31,276 nt of DNA. Source: a virus. Its lineage: Duplodnaviria; Heunggongvirae; Uroviricota; Caudoviricetes. Of the stretch, positions 17,469 to 26,538 are shown one piece after another. The notes beneath the pieces were generated by a model. The model was not told the origin of the DNA, did not search any database, and saw nothing but the letters and a program-made list of their open reading frames with translations. Within the stretch, counting starts at the first letter, position 1; each line of letters starts with the position of its first letter. The DNA is taken from the IMG/VR virus record IMGVR_UViG_2534682222_000020, positions 1-31,276 of that record, one strand, 5' to 3'. A program made the position numbers and the translations under genes.

Positions 17469-18518
17469 TTATGCGCCGCCTGCCGGCGCCTCGGCAAAGG
17501 TAATGCCGTCAATGAATGCGACGTTGCCGTAGTCCTCGATCACAAAGTCATCATTCGATGACTGATAAGTCGCAATACGGTTGTATTCCGGCTCCTCCTT
17601 GATCGTCCGGCGCAGTCCACCGCGCTGGTAGTACACGGACAGGTTTTTAAACGGCGTGATCAGTACGCCATTGACCGGGAAGTACGGCGCGATGAAGGTC
17701 GGCATGTTGCCGACACGTTCCTGCGCAACAATCAGCTGACCGGCCAGCATTTCGGTGTTCGGGTTGGTCTGGCTCATGGCGTTAATCGCCGGGAAGTTGC
17801 CGGTGGTCAACAGGTCGCCCGCCAGGATCACCACGTTGTCAGGATTACGTTTGTGCCATTCATCCATCAGGCTGTTTTTGGCGTCGTACACCGCCGCACC
17901 CAGGTTGCCGTAAGTCCCTTTCGCAATAACCTTGTTATCTTCATCACGGGAAGTGATCGTGACGCCGGAAATCACGCGGTGTGAGGCTTCAGTACGGATT
18001 TTCTCCAGCCAGCCAATGCCACAATCCTGCAACAGTGGGTTAGCCGCGCGGTCTGATGGATCGCTGTATTTGGTGCCGTTGAAACCGATCATGATGCGGT
18101 CAAGTGACATCTGACGAGCCATCGCCTTGCTGATTAGAGGCTGGAATTCCGGCATGTGCGCCCAGGCATCAAGCTGTTCATAGCTGATCCCGTAGTCGTA
18201 GTTGACCTTGCGGCACATGTAATCAAACGGCTCCATTGAATGGTTAGCACCTGGATTACGACGGTTGGTGGTGCTGTTGTTAACGCCAGCCATCGGGCCT
18301 TTGCTGCCAATCAGCACTTTCTGACCAATCTGCTGGTTAACGCCAAACACGTTAATTTTGCTCAGGAAAGAATCACTCTCCTGTGCGGCCTGCTCCAGGC
18401 GTTGCTGACGCGCCGGGTCTACCGCAAATTTCGCAGCGACTGCCGCAGTCGATACGCCGTTTAACTGCGCCTGGCGCGCAATGTACTGATCAAACAGCTG
18501 GCGGGTATTGTTTTCCAT
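17469..18518 (-). CDS. N: Major capsid protein N
   Basis: 349 aa; QSLDRIMIGFNGTK, SDRAANPLLQDCGIGWL, EMLAGQLIVAQERVGNMP match recalled P2 gpN. Confidence 0.9.
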   Translation of the reverse strand: MENNTRQLFDQYIARQAQLNGVSTAAVAAKFAVDPARQQRLEQAAQESDSFLSKINVFGVNQQIGQKVLIGSKGPMAGVNNSTTNRRNPGANHSMEPFDYMCRKVNYDYGISYEQLDAWAHMPEFQPLISKAMARQMSLDRIMIGFNGTKYSDPSDRAANPLLQDCGIGWLEKIRTEASHRVISGVTITSRDEDNKVIAKGTYGNLGAAVYDAKNSLMDEWHKRNPDNVVILAGDLLTTGNFPAINAMSQTNPNTEMLAGQLIVAQERVGNMPTFIAPYFPVNGVLITPFKNLSVYYQRGGLRRTIKEEPEYNRIATYQSSNDDFVIEDYGNVAFIDGITFAEAPAGGA

Positions 18519-18541
18519 GTTCTCTGCTCTCGTAGTGGATA

Positions 18542-19375
18542 TCAGTAATCAGCCAGCTGCGCGTTGGCGCCGCCGTTCGCAGGTGGTCGCTGACTGAAGG
18601 AAGCTTCAGTGCTCCCCAGCTTCTGGCGCAGCTCCGCAAGCTCAGTGGTCAGCTTCTGGATAGCGGCCTTATCCTCCTTGCGCTCCTGCTCTGCGGCACT
18701 GAATCGATCAATTTGCTCGGATTGCGATTGCGCCACGGCCTCAACGACCTGATGCATCTGATTGAAGCGCTGATCGTCCGTTTTCTGACCTTTGCCAATA
18801 ATGCTCATCACGCGATTAAACCACTTGGCACCTTCATCGCTGCGCTGGGCTGTCAGCTCGATCACCTCTGCTTCAAGCGCTTCGGTGAACATCGGCGCCT
18901 CACCCTGCTGGTTATTGAAGGCCATCACCGATGCACGCTGCTGTGAGGCAAATTTAAGACGCTCAGTGCCCAGGCTCGCCGGGGTGTCGGTCATTGCCAG
19001 CCCGACAACATAGGCTTTGCCGTTGAGGGCAAACTGCGGATGCAGCTCAATACTGGAATAGACTTTTTGCCCTTTGTCGGTCATCTGCACCATGCGCTCG
19101 GATGGTTCGATTTCGGCATAAAGCGCGGTGCGCCCCGCCAGTGCACCTTCGGTGATGTCTTCAGTGCTGAGGGCTACCACATCTCCCATCGCCCCAAAAT
19201 CACTATTCGGGAACATAGAGAGATAGTGCTCAATGTTGACCCGCGCGCCATACACCTCAGGGTTGTAATTTGCTGCTGCATCGCGAAGGTGCTGCGGTTG
19301 AATTTCGCGCCCATCAACGGTATTTCCGGAGACGGCCACGCGAAACTTCTTACGTGGTTTTGCTGTGCCTGCCAT
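18542..19375 (-). CDS. O: Capsid scaffolding protein O
   Basis: 277 aa; first gene of the minus-strand late operon, divergent from P; coiled-coil C-terminus. Confidence 0.8.
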   Translation of the reverse strand: MAGTAKPRKKFRVAVSGNTVDGREIQPQHLRDAAANYNPEVYGARVNIEHYLSMFPNSDFGAMGDVVALSTEDITEGALAGRTALYAEIEPSERMVQMTDKGQKVYSSIELHPQFALNGKAYVVGLAMTDTPASLGTERLKFASQQRASVMAFNNQQGEAPMFTEALEAEVIELTAQRSDEGAKWFNRVMSIIGKGQKTDDQRFNQMHQVVEAVAQSQSEQIDRFSAAEQERKEDKAAIQKLTTELAELRQKLGSTEASFSQRPPANGGANAQLADY

Positions 19376-19451
19376 GTTCGTTTACTCGCTTGTTTTCTGA
19401 GTTCCCGGAGATGATGGCAGGGGGACGCATCCCCCCTCAACGCGTTGTTGT

Positions 19452-19469
19452 TGTGAGCGGAGCACTACA
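19452..19469. promoter_or_regulatory. Candidate Ogr-binding dyad (TGT-N12-ACA) in the O/P divergent late-promoter region
   Basis: Seen: tgtgagcggagcactaca; centre about 55 bp upstream of a plausible P transcription start (GTTAAT -10-like at 19503..19508). Only perfect dyad in the 160-bp intergenic region. Confidence 0.4.
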
Positions 19470-19535
19470 ACCTAAAGCGAGCGCAAGGGTACGCGCGCGC
19501 GGGTTAATCTCCCCGGCAGGAAGCGAGGAGGATTA

Positions 19536-21257
19536 ATGGCGATTGAAGAAGCATTCATCATGCAGCGTGCACGACAGCTTTACTGGCAGGGCTACCCGCC
19601 AGCAGAGATCGCACGCCTGATGGGGATCAACCAGAACACGGTTTACTCATGGAAAAAGCGAGATGAATGGGACACCACACCGCCGATCCAGCGCGTGACA
19701 ACATCCATTGATGCCAGGCTAATTCAGCTCACTGGCAAAGACAAAAAGACCGGCGGTGATTTCAAAGAGATTGACCTTCTCACCCGTCAGCTGAAAAAGC
19801 TGGATAACGGCACAGCAGCCACCCAGCCGAAGAAAAAGATCCGCAAAAAGCAAAACTATTTCTCAGAGTCGCAGATTGCCGCGCTGCGGGAGAACATTCT
19901 CGGCTCTCTGCACTGGCACCAGAAAGGGTGGTATGACAATCACCACTGGCGCAACCGTATGATCCTGAAAAGCCGTCAGGTTGGTGCGACGTGGTATTTC
20001 GCGCGTGAAGCTCTGGTGCGCGCCCTGTCTGAGGATGTGAAATACAAGCATCAGCGCAACCAAATCTTTTTATCGGCAAGCCGCCGCCAGGCGTACCAGT
20101 TTCGCAGTTTCATTCGCTCGGCCGCCGAAGAAGTTGATGTGGAGCTTAAGGGCGGCGACATGATCCAGCTGTTCAACGGCGCCGAGCTGCATTTTCTTGG
20201 CACGTCAGCGGCTACCGCTCAGTCATACACGGGCAACCTGTATTTCGACGAATTCTTTTGGGTAGGCCAGTTTGCCAACCTGAAAAAAGTCGCGGGCGCT
20301 ATGGCAACGCTAAAAGGCCTTACGCGTACCTATTTCTCCACCCCTTCAGCCGAAAGCCATGAGGCTTATCCATTCTGGACAGGTGAAGCATTTAACAAAG
20401 GTCGCAGCCATGGCAAGCGCATTGAGTTTGATACATCCTGGAAAACACTTAACAGCGGCCTGATGTGCCCGGACAAGATCTGGAGGCAGATTGTCACGTT
20501 GCAGGATGCTATCGACCATGGATGGGATCTGACTGATATCGACGAAATCCGGGAAGAGAACAGCCCGGAAGAGTACGACAACCTGTACGGATGCCAGTTC
20601 ATCAAAAGCGGTGAAAGCGCCTTTGACTATAACAGGCTACTGGCATGCGGTGCTGATGGTTATGACGACTGGCCCGACTGGCGGCCATATGCGGCCCGCC
20701 CTATGGCTGATCGTCCCGTCTGGATTGGCTACGACCCGAACGGCGCCAGCGGCAAGGGGGACAGTGGAGCCATATCCGTTAACGCTGTGCCGATGGTGCC
20801 CGGCGGCAAGTTCCGCACGATTGAGACACTACGCATACGAGGGATGGAGTTCGAAGAGCAGGCCAATCTCATTATCGGCATGCTCACCCGGTACAACGTG
20901 CAGCACATTGGGATCGATGGCACCGGTATTGGTGAAGCGGTTTATCAGCTGGTTAAAAAGCATTTCCCGGCAGCGGTTTGTTACCAGTTCTCACCGTCCA
21001 GCAAGCGAATGCTCGTTCTGAAGATGCAACAGCTGATTCGTGGCGGGCGCTGGGAGTTTGATCGTGGTGAGCTTGACCTGGTTGGTGCATTCAACTCTGT
21101 CCGCAAGATCGTTACCCCTGGCGGCGTTGTCACTTACGACACGGACCGCTCTCGCGGCGTCAGTCATGGCGATCTCGCATGGGCGACGATGCTTGCCACC
21201 ATTAACGAACCGCTGGGACAAGAAGGCGGCAGCAGTATGACAGTTACGGAGTATTAA
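19536..21257 (+). CDS. P: Terminase ATPase (large) subunit P
   Basis: 573 aa; divergent from O; GAGGAGG RBS before ATG 19536. Confidence 0.85.
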   Translation: MAIEEAFIMQRARQLYWQGYPPAEIARLMGINQNTVYSWKKRDEWDTTPPIQRVTTSIDARLIQLTGKDKKTGGDFKEIDLLTRQLKKLDNGTAATQPKKKIRKKQNYFSESQIAALRENILGSLHWHQKGWYDNHHWRNRMILKSRQVGATWYFAREALVRALSEDVKYKHQRNQIFLSASRRQAYQFRSFIRSAAEEVDVELKGGDMIQLFNGAELHFLGTSAATAQSYTGNLYFDEFFWVGQFANLKKVAGAMATLKGLTRTYFSTPSAESHEAYPFWTGEAFNKGRSHGKRIEFDTSWKTLNSGLMCPDKIWRQIVTLQDAIDHGWDLTDIDEIREENSPEEYDNLYGCQFIKSGESAFDYNRLLACGADGYDDWPDWRPYAARPMADRPVWIGYDPNGASGKGDSGAISVNAVPMVPGGKFRTIETLRIRGMEFEEQANLIIGMLTRYNVQHIGIDGTGIGEAVYQLVKKHFPAAVCYQFSPSSKRMLVLKMQQLIRGGRWEFDRGELDLVGAFNSVRKIVTPGGVVTYDTDRSRGVSHGDLAWATMLATINEPLGQEGGSSMTVTEY

Positions 21258-21259
21258 CC

Positions 21260-22312
21260 TTGAGCAAACAAAGACCCACACGCGGCAGGAAGTATGCCAG
21301 GGAGCAGGCAGATCTCGCCGCCTCACTGAAAGCGTCACCGGAGCTGAACTCATTCACCTTCGACGGCCCATGGCCGGTGAGTGGTGCCAGCGACCTGCTT
21401 GATAACATGTATTGCGCAGACAACGGGCGATACTACGAAACCCCCATTGACTGGTATGGCCTCGCCCGTCAGTTTGGCTATGCAAGCTGGCACCAGTCGG
21501 CGCTTTATTTCAAGCGCAATGTCCTTGCCGGATGCTTTATCCCGCACAAACTTCTTTCCCGCCAGGTGTTCTCCGCCTTCGCGCTGGACTGGTTTGTCTT
21601 CGGGAATGGCTATCTTGAGATGCGAAAAAACCGGCTTGGTGGTTCCTTTGGCTTTCGTCACTCGCTGGCGAAATACACACGACGTGGTTCTGACCTGGAC
21701 ACTTACTGGTTTATTCAGGCCGGGCTACAGGATCACATGTTTTCAACGGGCTCGGTATGTCACGTTCTCAGCCCGGATATTCACCAGGAAATATACGGCA
21801 TGCCTGAGTATTTCGCTGGCCTGCTGTCTGCAAACCTGGCCCATTCTGCTGACAAGTTCAGAAAGCTCTACTACGACAACGGCTCGCACGCTGGCTGCAT
21901 CGTCTACGTTAACAGCGCGATGGCCGACCAGGAGAGCCTTGATAAGCTCAAAAAGACGCTGACGGATACCCGGCGGGGCGGTGCGTTTAAGAACATCCTT
22001 CTGCACGCACCTAACGGCGGCAAAGACTCCGTGCAAATACTGCCATTCAGCCAGATATCGGCTAAGGATGAGTTTGTGGGGGTGAAGTCTTCCACCCGCG
22101 ATGACATGCTGGCAGCGCACCGGGTGCCGCCGCAACTGATGGGAGCCATTCCGGAAGGGAACGGTTCATTCGGTGATATTGAGAAAGCGGCTCGCGTGTT
22201 CGCCGTCAACGAGCTGACACCCTGCATGGAAGCCATGAAGCATGTTAACGACTGGCTGGGTGAGGAGGTGATTCGCTTCAACCCTTACGCATTGCTTGAA
22301 CCCACGAAGTGA
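21260..22312 (+). CDS. Q: Portal protein Q
   Basis: 350 aa directly after P; start codon uncertain (TTG at 21260 in the ORF track). Confidence 0.75.
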   Translation: MSKQRPTRGRKYAREQADLAASLKASPELNSFTFDGPWPVSGASDLLDNMYCADNGRYYETPIDWYGLARQFGYASWHQSALYFKRNVLAGCFIPHKLLSRQVFSAFALDWFVFGNGYLEMRKNRLGGSFGFRHSLAKYTRRGSDLDTYWFIQAGLQDHMFSTGSVCHVLSPDIHQEIYGMPEYFAGLLSANLAHSADKFRKLYYDNGSHAGCIVYVNSAMADQESLDKLKKTLTDTRRGGAFKNILLHAPNGGKDSVQILPFSQISAKDEFVGVKSSTRDDMLAAHRVPPQLMGAIPEGNGSFGDIEKAARVFAVNELTPCMEAMKHVNDWLGEEVIRFNPYALLEPTK

Positions 22313-22545
22313 TCTCCTGGCCGCATCGTCATTTCTGGCGGTGCGGTACCACCCGCAGCACCATCATTTCCGTCCATATCGGCCACTCACGAAACACAAA
22401 TAAATCACTCCCCCTGTCAGACGCAGCCAGCGCGCTTCTGGCGCGACTTCTCTCGCGCTACCGCTTTGTTCAGCCATCAACATGAGCGCCCGACAGACGG
22501 CGAATGGCAGAGGATATGACCCCCTGCCTGACCCCCTTTGCGCGC

Positions 22546-22565
22546 GCTTGCTCCCCCGCCTCGCC
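22546..22565. other. Candidate cos site (cohesive-end region)
   Basis: Reverse complement of gcttgctcccccgcctcgcc is ggcgaggcgggggagcaagc; first 12 nt match my recollection of the P2 cohesive end (GGCGAGGCGGGG...). Located just after Q, as in P2. Confidence 0.5.
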
Positions 22566-22703
22566 TGCGCGCTAAACCGACCTCTTTTTGTGCACTTTGT
22601 GCAGGCCGCCCAGGCCCCGCCAGCGCTGGGGCGGCATGGAAAAAACGTTGTTTCAAAAATTGTGCAAATTTGTGCAACTTTTTGCATCCGCGCGGCCCCA
22701 TTT

Positions 22704-23402
22704 TTACACCTGATCAACCTCGCCGAGCGCCACCATAATCGCCAGGCGCTCAGCAGGCGGTAACGCTGCAAATTTTTCCTTCCAGCGCTGCGCCTTTCGC
22801 TTGATTCGATAGCGATCATTGTAATTTTTACCTGCAAAAGTATGCGAATAAGCGCGCCCCTCCTGGTAGTTCATCCAGATCTTCTCTGTCCTCACCCCGC
22901 CGCGCGTCATTGCCTGAAACTCTCGGGCGCGCCAGTCATGTAACATGCGGTCATAAAATCCTGACGGATAGCCCGATAAAATTACGCTGACGTTATCCGG
23001 GAGATCGCGTAAACGCGTCAGCAATCGTTCATGGTCTTTAACAGAATACTCGCACCGATAGCGCGCAGAGCTGCTTCGCGTTTCATGCAGATAAGGCGGA
23101 TCAGCGTAGATCAGCACCCGGCCAGCATAAGAATAATCAAAGCGCTCCAAAAACGTCACCGCGTCACCGACGTCAATAAACAGACTATCGCCCAGAGCAT
23201 CCAGAAATTCATGATTACTCTGGTTAAATGCCTCAATGGTCAGCGGATCAATATCAATCCCCCAACTGACTTTCGCCGGTGGCTTACGTAGCATGACAGC
23301 GCCACCGCCCAAGTGAGTTTCGATGTACGTGTCATGCGGTGGCATCTCGGCAATAATTTTTTGATAAACACCGCTCGCCGCTTTGCTTCCCAGATAGCTC
23401 AT
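22704..23402 (-). CDS. Orphan Dam-class (D12) N6-adenine DNA methyltransferase, short form, in cos-proximal cargo position
   Basis: ORF 22704..23438; preferred ATG 23400..23402 (MSYLGSKAA); motifs YLGSK, THLGGGAV (SAM binding), DPPY (catalytic). No adjacent restriction endonuclease candidate. Confidence 0.7.
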   Translation of the reverse strand: MSYLGSKAASGVYQKIIAEMPPHDTYIETHLGGGAVMLRKPPAKVSWGIDIDPLTIEAFNQSNHEFLDALGDSLFIDVGDAVTFLERFDYSYAGRVLIYADPPYLHETRSSSARYRCEYSVKDHERLLTRLRDLPDNVSVILSGYPSGFYDRMLHDWRAREFQAMTRGGVRTEKIWMNYQEGRAYSHTFAGKNYNDRYRIKRKAQRWKEKFAALPPAERLAIMVALGEVDQV

Positions 23403-23514
23403 AACTTTCTCGTTCCCAAAAAAACCAACCTGCAGCACCGCCTAAAATGACGTTGCTCGATAGAATGGCCAGAACCGTCAAAAGCGACCATGGCTGACCA
23501 TCTCACTCACTGCT

Positions 23515-26154
23515 TCAATCCTGTCTTTTTCGTTTAGCCGCCTTCTTCCAGCGCGTGACCAGGTCACACACCGCCACGTATTCAGACGTCGGTTTATCTT
23601 TCTCACCGGCACGCCATGCCTTCACTTCCTGCAACCGGCCATTATTCATGGCGAGCAGTCCGCCGCCGTGGCGAACGCGGGCACCGCCAGCAATCGACCT
23701 CACAACATCATCGCTGACGAAAATCCTGCAACTACGCAGCTGCGCGCCGATGCTGGCGATGGTTTCCTGGCTGACCCCGCCTTGTTTCGCAGCCTCTCTT
23801 TTCTGTACCTGCCGCAGCGCCGCTTCGGCTTTTTTCTTCTGGTATTCCGCAACTGCGGCGGCATAGTTATCCGCACGCAGCTCCGCTTCGGTCCGCAGCT
23901 GTTGTCGCCAACGCTGTTCTGCCTCTTCTGGTGTCAGGCTCATATCTTTCGCTGCGGCCACTTTTGGCCCCCACGTCAACGCAGTTTCATCATCAACAGA
24001 CGTGCGCAGACCGCGCGCGGTACGCTCGAAGGCTTGATCTGAGCTTTCGCGGCCAAAGTTTTTCAGTCTGCTGGTGATTTCCTGCCGTTGCTGGCGTGAA
24101 TATCGGCGCAAATCTTCGATATTCAGCGGAAGTTCTGTCATCTGACTGTCCGGGTGATCAATACCGGCATGCATCGTCGGTTTTGACGGTGTGGTACCAG
24201 CTGGCACCGCCACTTTTAACGGTGGTTTTTCGTCCGTTCCGGAGCGCCCCGTACAGTTATTGACAGAACTCCGAGGGGCCGCTGCGCGGCCTTCTAAGGT
24301 CAAAATCTCGACCGGCGACGGCTTACGCTTCGGCACAATCTTGTAATCGGTGGTGCGGGTAAAAATGACTGATTCGCTGCCCGTATAAGGGCAATAAACG
24401 CCAGTAATTTTGGCGACCGTGTCCCCATAATCATTGCCATTTTCGGTGAATTCATAGTTAAGCCGAACGCGCAGGCAATCGCGCGCGACAAATGGCCCGC
24501 CCTGAGCGTTGGTGTATCCCGGCCAGTCTGGCGCATCGGCTGCTGCCCGTGCCGCTTCCAGTTCCGGATGTAATACCAGCTCGCGACTACCTAACCGGCG
24601 CAATTCGCGCCAAGTGGTAACGGGCGCACCGCCAATCTGCTGAAACTGGCGGATATTCCAGCGTGAAGCCCAGGCGCGTACACGCTTTGCCATCTCCCTG
24701 ACCGGCTGGCCTGACTCAAGATCCACTTCACCATCCATGCCGTAGCCATCGATGTTTTTCGAGATGTATTTCGCGATATAGCCTGTTGCAGACCCAAATT
24801 GCTCGTCCATCGGCGTAACAGTAAAACGGTGCTCTGAAGCACCTTTCTCGTTACCGTCCTCTTTCATGGCGTGTTTGCGGAAAATGGCTGTTGCATACTC
24901 TACTTCCTCAGGACGGAGGAAAAGCAACAGATGCCAGTGAGGGGTTCCATCGTGGTGAGGCTCTGCAACACGAAAACCAAACGTGCGAATACCTTCGCGA
25001 CTCCATTTGGCTCTGACGCGCGCCCAGACTTTGCAAAGGTATTTTTGCGTCTGACGCGGGCTGGCGTGCTGGTACTTATCGTTTCGTCTGCCTGACTGGA
25101 CATGTGTTGAGTGGTAACGCGACGGCGCTGTCAGCGTGTAGAACATGCCAACCAGCCCCATTTCATTCGCCATATCCTCAAACCCGCGCATGCGCACCAT
25201 CAGCTCATGCCGCGCGATCTTCGGGTTGGAAACACTACCCATCACCTTATCCAGTAATGAGCTGCGCTCGCCGGTGTCCTGGTCTTCCAGCTCCATCGCC
25301 TGAAGGAATTCGAAGTTCGCTTTTTTCTGCGCAACCCATTCCCTGAAGCATGGATCAGAGCAATATGGTGAAGCCACTTTGCTGACATAGCCGGTCGCGA
25401 TCATAAGATGTTCGCGCCAGCAGTCATGGATACGGCGGATTTTGTTAAGCCACCATTTTTCGGAATGAAGTCTGCCAGCGGCACGCAGCGCCTCGTCGGC
25501 GTCCAACTCTTCATCGCAATAACGCGCCCATCCGGGGATCGCGATATTGAGCGTCGCCGCCTTGCTCGCTATAGCCCCGTATGCGTAAATCGACGAAAAC
25601 TCAAGATCGGATGTTTGTTCATACTGAAAATCAAACTCGCGCATAAACTCGCTTTTCATCAAGTTCGCAAGCTTATACGCCAGTCTTTTCAGGCGCTTTT
25701 TGTCCGCCCACGGCAGCAGGTGAAATTCATCACGCAGCGGAAGAAGAAGCGCCGGGAGCGTACTTTGTGGGAGGTATTGCGCGTTAACCGCATCAACACG
25801 GCGTAAGACATGCCGCTCAAACGTACCGAACAGCCAACGCACGACGTCTTTTGGCTTGCTGCGTTCGAGGTTTTCAAGGTGCTGCGAGAAGCGCTTACGG
25901 ATAAACGCCGGGAGCGTTTGCACCCGGCGGCGGAGGTAGTTAGCGCGGCCATTTCGATCAAATGCCTCACGCGCATCGCCCTCGCGCGGGCGCAATGGCG
26001 CGCGGTATACCGTATCAACCAGATCACCATAAGCGAGCGCCCTGCGCTCGCCTTTCGGTGTCAGATACTCAATGGCTGAACTTTCGGTTTTATGGGGGTT
26101 GATGGCCTGCCGTTTGGTATTCCATTCCCATGCTAAGGCGGTGAGATCTGACAT
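23515..26154 (-). CDS. A: Replication initiation endonuclease A (rolling-circle, HUH type)
   Basis: 879 aa; HUH-like motif TPHWHLLLF and tyrosine region GYIAKYISK; AGGTGG RBS before ATG 26154; last large gene of the early operon. Confidence 0.85.
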   Translation of the reverse strand: MSDLTALAWEWNTKRQAINPHKTESSAIEYLTPKGERRALAYGDLVDTVYRAPLRPREGDAREAFDRNGRANYLRRRVQTLPAFIRKRFSQHLENLERSKPKDVVRWLFGTFERHVLRRVDAVNAQYLPQSTLPALLLPLRDEFHLLPWADKKRLKRLAYKLANLMKSEFMREFDFQYEQTSDLEFSSIYAYGAIASKAATLNIAIPGWARYCDEELDADEALRAAGRLHSEKWWLNKIRRIHDCWREHLMIATGYVSKVASPYCSDPCFREWVAQKKANFEFLQAMELEDQDTGERSSLLDKVMGSVSNPKIARHELMVRMRGFEDMANEMGLVGMFYTLTAPSRYHSTHVQSGRRNDKYQHASPRQTQKYLCKVWARVRAKWSREGIRTFGFRVAEPHHDGTPHWHLLLFLRPEEVEYATAIFRKHAMKEDGNEKGASEHRFTVTPMDEQFGSATGYIAKYISKNIDGYGMDGEVDLESGQPVREMAKRVRAWASRWNIRQFQQIGGAPVTTWRELRRLGSRELVLHPELEAARAAADAPDWPGYTNAQGGPFVARDCLRVRLNYEFTENGNDYGDTVAKITGVYCPYTGSESVIFTRTTDYKIVPKRKPSPVEILTLEGRAAAPRSSVNNCTGRSGTDEKPPLKVAVPAGTTPSKPTMHAGIDHPDSQMTELPLNIEDLRRYSRQQRQEITSRLKNFGRESSDQAFERTARGLRTSVDDETALTWGPKVAAAKDMSLTPEEAEQRWRQQLRTEAELRADNYAAAVAEYQKKKAEAALRQVQKREAAKQGGVSQETIASIGAQLRSCRIFVSDDVVRSIAGGARVRHGGGLLAMNNGRLQEVKAWRAGEKDKPTSEYVAVCDLVTRWKKAAKRKRQD

Positions 26155-26160
26155 ACACCA

Positions 26161-26335
26161 CCTAAACCGTCACTGTGTCACCGGGCTGAACCTGGCGAGC
26201 ATCTTTTTCGGTATCACGGATAATGGTCGTACGGCTGTACCTGCCCCAGCTCAACACCTCCACCTCAACGATCCAGAAATGGCGGTATGGGCGAACGTCG
26301 AGCACGCGAGTGATCACTGCATCAACTGTGTTCAT
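26161..26335 (-). CDS. Small hypothetical protein (57 aa), translationally coupled
   Basis: Not in ORF track (below cutoff). Hand translation: MNTVDAVITRVLDVRPYRHFWIVEVEVLSWGRYSRTTIIRDTEKDARQVQPGDTVTV; ATG overlaps the upstream stop (ATGA at 26332..26335); stop 7 nt before A's RBS. Confidence 0.45.
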
Positions 26336-26538
26336 CGGGTGGCGACCTCCCGAATCTCTTCGATTGAGTCAAGCAGCAGTCGACGGCGGGTATGTTCGGC
26401 AAAGTGACGTTTGCCGGTGTCTTTCCGGTAGCACTCTGTCTTGCCGACTACCCACATGGATTCCGTCTGGTGCAACTTCTTGCGCTGCGGGCCGTCTTTG
26501 GTAATAACGATGCCCGTATGAGTCTTTTTAATGGTCAT
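26332..26538 (-). CDS. Small hypothetical early protein (68 aa)
   Basis: ORF begins at the Dam stop and ends in the ATGA overlap with the next small ORF; basic; no recognised motif. Confidence 0.45.
   Translation of the reverse strand: MTIKKTHTGIVITKDGPQRKKLHQTESMWVVGKTECYRKDTGKRHFAEHTRRRLLLDSIEEIREVATR

Noticed and set aside
22588-22690. TTGTGCA direct repeats considered as a CRISPR-like array
   Set aside because: Only 7-bp units with irregular, very short spacing and no spacer structure; far more consistent with protein-binding sites near cos.
22364-22837. 157-aa minus-strand ORF and several short ORFs spanning the cos region
   Set aside because: Overlaps the cos-like site and the repeat region; Arg/Ala-rich low-complexity translation; this region is expected to be non-coding.
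23555-26079. Multiple plus-strand ORFs (74 to 132 aa) opposite gene A
   Set aside because: All antisense to the 879-aa replication gene, which has clear catalytic motifs; no start signals.
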